From assembly GCF_002571385.2 (NCBI RefSeq), contig NW_019218054.1, positions 14,012-78,011 on the forward strand: a stretch of 64,000 nucleotides of DNA, in the 5' to 3' direction. The translations under genes were made by a program, and so were the position numbers. The stretch comes from Stylophora pistillata (lineage: Eukaryota). The notes under the pieces were generated by a model. The model saw only the letters and a list, made by a program, of their open reading frames with translations. It ran no database searches and was not told where the DNA came from. This document shows, piece after piece, positions 61,999 through 64,000 of this stretch. The stretch's first letter is position 1, and every line of letters starts with the position of its first letter.

Positions 61999-63069
61999 AT
62001 GATACAAATTCGGAGTACCTCACACCAAGACGGGGAAGCCACGGTGATAAAAGCAAATAGGAAACATCAGATTGTCTTAAACATGGAGGTGAAACGCATT
62101 GAAATGGAAAAGAAAATGCGAGAGAGATATTTCTTTTTTGAAATGTCGCTGATTAAAGCACGTCGACTCAAAATGATTGATCGTCAAAAATCCCTTGGAA
62201 TCTATCGGCCGCACACGATGGAACATGGAAGGGACCCGCGGAAAGAGAGGAGAATGAATTCCATTTTCTTTACACAATCGCTCATGCCCTTGGATTCCAA
62301 AGTTAAACTTCCACCCGTAGAGAGGAGTAGAGCTGTTCCTGAATATCCAGTGAAGTTGACGAATACTGGGAATTTTTTTAAAGCCACTGAGCTCTCCAAG
62401 AATATTAATCACAAGAAGTTATTTAACATGAAAAAACTGAAACAGTCAGAAGAGGGAAACGGGCAACCTCGGATAGGAGAACCTTTCAAATCGACGGAAA
62501 GAGAATCAATTGATGAAGGAACTTGGGAGAAATCTGAGAAAAACCGCAGGTCTACTGAAGTATCCAGTGAGAATTTATCTATTCCAAATGATCGATCACA
62601 CAACAAAAATTCGCAGGAAGATAGCATCAATCACCATGATAGTCGAAGCAAATGTTACGAAGCTAAAGAAAAGAAACACTGCATTGAAGAGAAAGGTTTC
62701 AGTCGTAAACAATCATCTCTCCCCTCACCAGAAGAGACAAATTTGTCACCAGAAGGAAATGTGACATTGCCTCAAAATACAAAGGATATTGCAAAAATGC
62801 AAACGCTATCGGAAACTACCGGCAAAATACAGACAGAAATATGTTCGCTCTCGATACATGACATTACTGAATTTCCAAGTTACCAGGAACTGCGAGCATG
62901 GCGTGACAACTTTGAAAGAGCGCGTTTTAACTTCGCACAAGGTAGCAGGGTATTTGGCAGATTGAAATCAGCTTCAGCAGCAGAAAATGGAAAACATATT
63001 AAGGTGAAACAAGCTCATGTGCACGAGGTTAGACCGCAGTCTGCACTTGCAAAACTGACGCAGGAATAA
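61999..63069 (+). CDS. Uncharacterised 356-aa protein, single coding exon (basic helical N-terminus, low-complexity charged middle)
   Basis: 1071-nt ATG-initiated ORF in AT-rich DNA, with AATAAA overlapping the stop and again at about 63167. No domain recognised. Confidence 0.7.
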   Translation: MIQIRSTSHQDGEATVIKANRKHQIVLNMEVKRIEMEKKMRERYFFFEMSLIKARRLKMIDRQKSLGIYRPHTMEHGRDPRKERRMNSIFFTQSLMPLDSKVKLPPVERSRAVPEYPVKLTNTGNFFKATELSKNINHKKLFNMKKLKQSEEGNGQPRIGEPFKSTERESIDEGTWEKSEKNRRSTEVSSENLSIPNDRSHNKNSQEDSINHHDSRSKCYEAKEKKHCIEEKGFSRKQSSLPSPEETNLSPEGNVTLPQNTKDIAKMQTLSETTGKIQTEICSLSIHDITEFPSYQELRAWRDNFERARFNFAQGSRVFGRLKSASAAENGKHIKVKQAHVHEVRPQSALAKLTQE

Positions 63070-63269
63070 ATAATGATTTTACGATGGAGTGGCGCCAATT
63101 CCCCTCAAGCGATGGCTTATCAATCAGTGTTCAGAGAACATATCTATCGAGATACGTTGAAAAATGAATAAAGGCAACTATTAAAGACAATCAGGGTAAA
63201 GAAAAAATATTTTGCAAACTCAGTTTAAGACCTCAGAATTAAAAGAGGTGCCCACGGCGGGGGAGTTAG

Positions 63270-63695
63270 AGCCCACTTTGATTGAGCTTCTTAAAACCAA
63301 AACAAAAGTAAGCAGAGGGGCCAATGAAAATAAAACAATGTACCCCTAAAGAGCCAATGGGAACTCAAGGTAAAAAAAACCAAACTGCTAAAAGTGCGGG
63401 AAAACGCGGGCTACCAAGTCATGATTGGTTTTAGTTTTGCATCTGATTGATTGAGAAAAAGGCGCGAACATTCTGGACCAATCACAGTGCGAAGTAATGC
63501 AAACCCAATGTAATTCCGGATTAATTTCGATACTCAATTGAAAATTGCTGTAATGCAAGTCGTGATTGGTTTTAGTTTTGCATTTGATTGGCTGAGAAAA
63601 AGGCGCGAGCATTCTGGACCAATTACAGTGCGAAGTAATGCAAACCCAATGTAATTCCGGATTAATTTCGATACTCAATTGAAAATTGCTGTAAT
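63270..63695. repeat. Dispersed repeat with a tandemly duplicated 3' part (about 140 bp x2)
   Basis: caagtc.tgattggttttagttttgcat.tgattg...ccaat.acagtgcgaagtaatgcaaacccaatgtaattccggattaatttcgatactcaattgaaaattgctgtaatg at 63415-63555 and 63556-63696. Confidence 0.8.
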
Positions 63696-64000
63696 GACCG
63701 TGTCATTATAATTAGTTTTAATTTTACACCCTATCGCTAGTTTTCTATAACAATCACTGAGGTGTGGGGCTTGGATCTCCATTTTGAAAAAAAAAAAAAA
63801 AATAATAATAATAATTAGGTCTCTCTCAGGGAGTGTCTCTTTTAAACCTTAACACTACAATAACAAATTTTTAATCGGTTAAAACCCTGAAAGTTTTCAT
63901 AAAAGTACTGAAATTAACTTCTCTAATAAGTGCAATACTCTTTCTTCTAACTGCAATGAATTTAAAAGATGTTACAGATACTTTTGAGTCAGGTTATCCA

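Overview
Eukaryotic, intron-rich, AT-rich DNA with three assembly gaps; the repeats and gene families suggest a cnidarian, probably a stony coral (inference). The left part (1-10 kb) holds a small cluster of secreted PAN/apple-like genes: one complete 4-exon signal peptide-PAN-EGF-fibrinogen (FReD) gene, one isolated PAN exon and one inverted degraded PAN copy. About 13 kb of non-coding DNA rich in AP-1/CRE-type motifs follows. The main content (22.9-59.0 kb) is a tandem cluster of PX-SH3 genes of the NADPH-oxidase organizer family (p47phox/NCF1, NOXO1, Tks4/Tks5), whose exons I reconstructed by hand from splice sites and reading phase. (i) A + strand 19-exon gene of about 1074 aa with an unusual PX-SH3-PX-SH3-SH3-SH3 layout, apparently two tandem paralogues fused in frame, carrying a p47phox-like autoinhibitory motif (RGAPTRRS). 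(ii) A - strand 12-exon PX-(SH3)4 gene of about 832 aa with a full-length but decayed PIF/Harbinger transposon in its last intron. (iii) A - strand PX-(SH3)3 pseudogene with stops and frameshifts. The right end has an uncharacterised 356-aa single-exon ORF. Also present are tRNA-derived SINEs, MITEs, minisatellites and a Penelope-type minimal hammerhead ribozyme motif. All gene models are manual and need RNA-seq confirmation.
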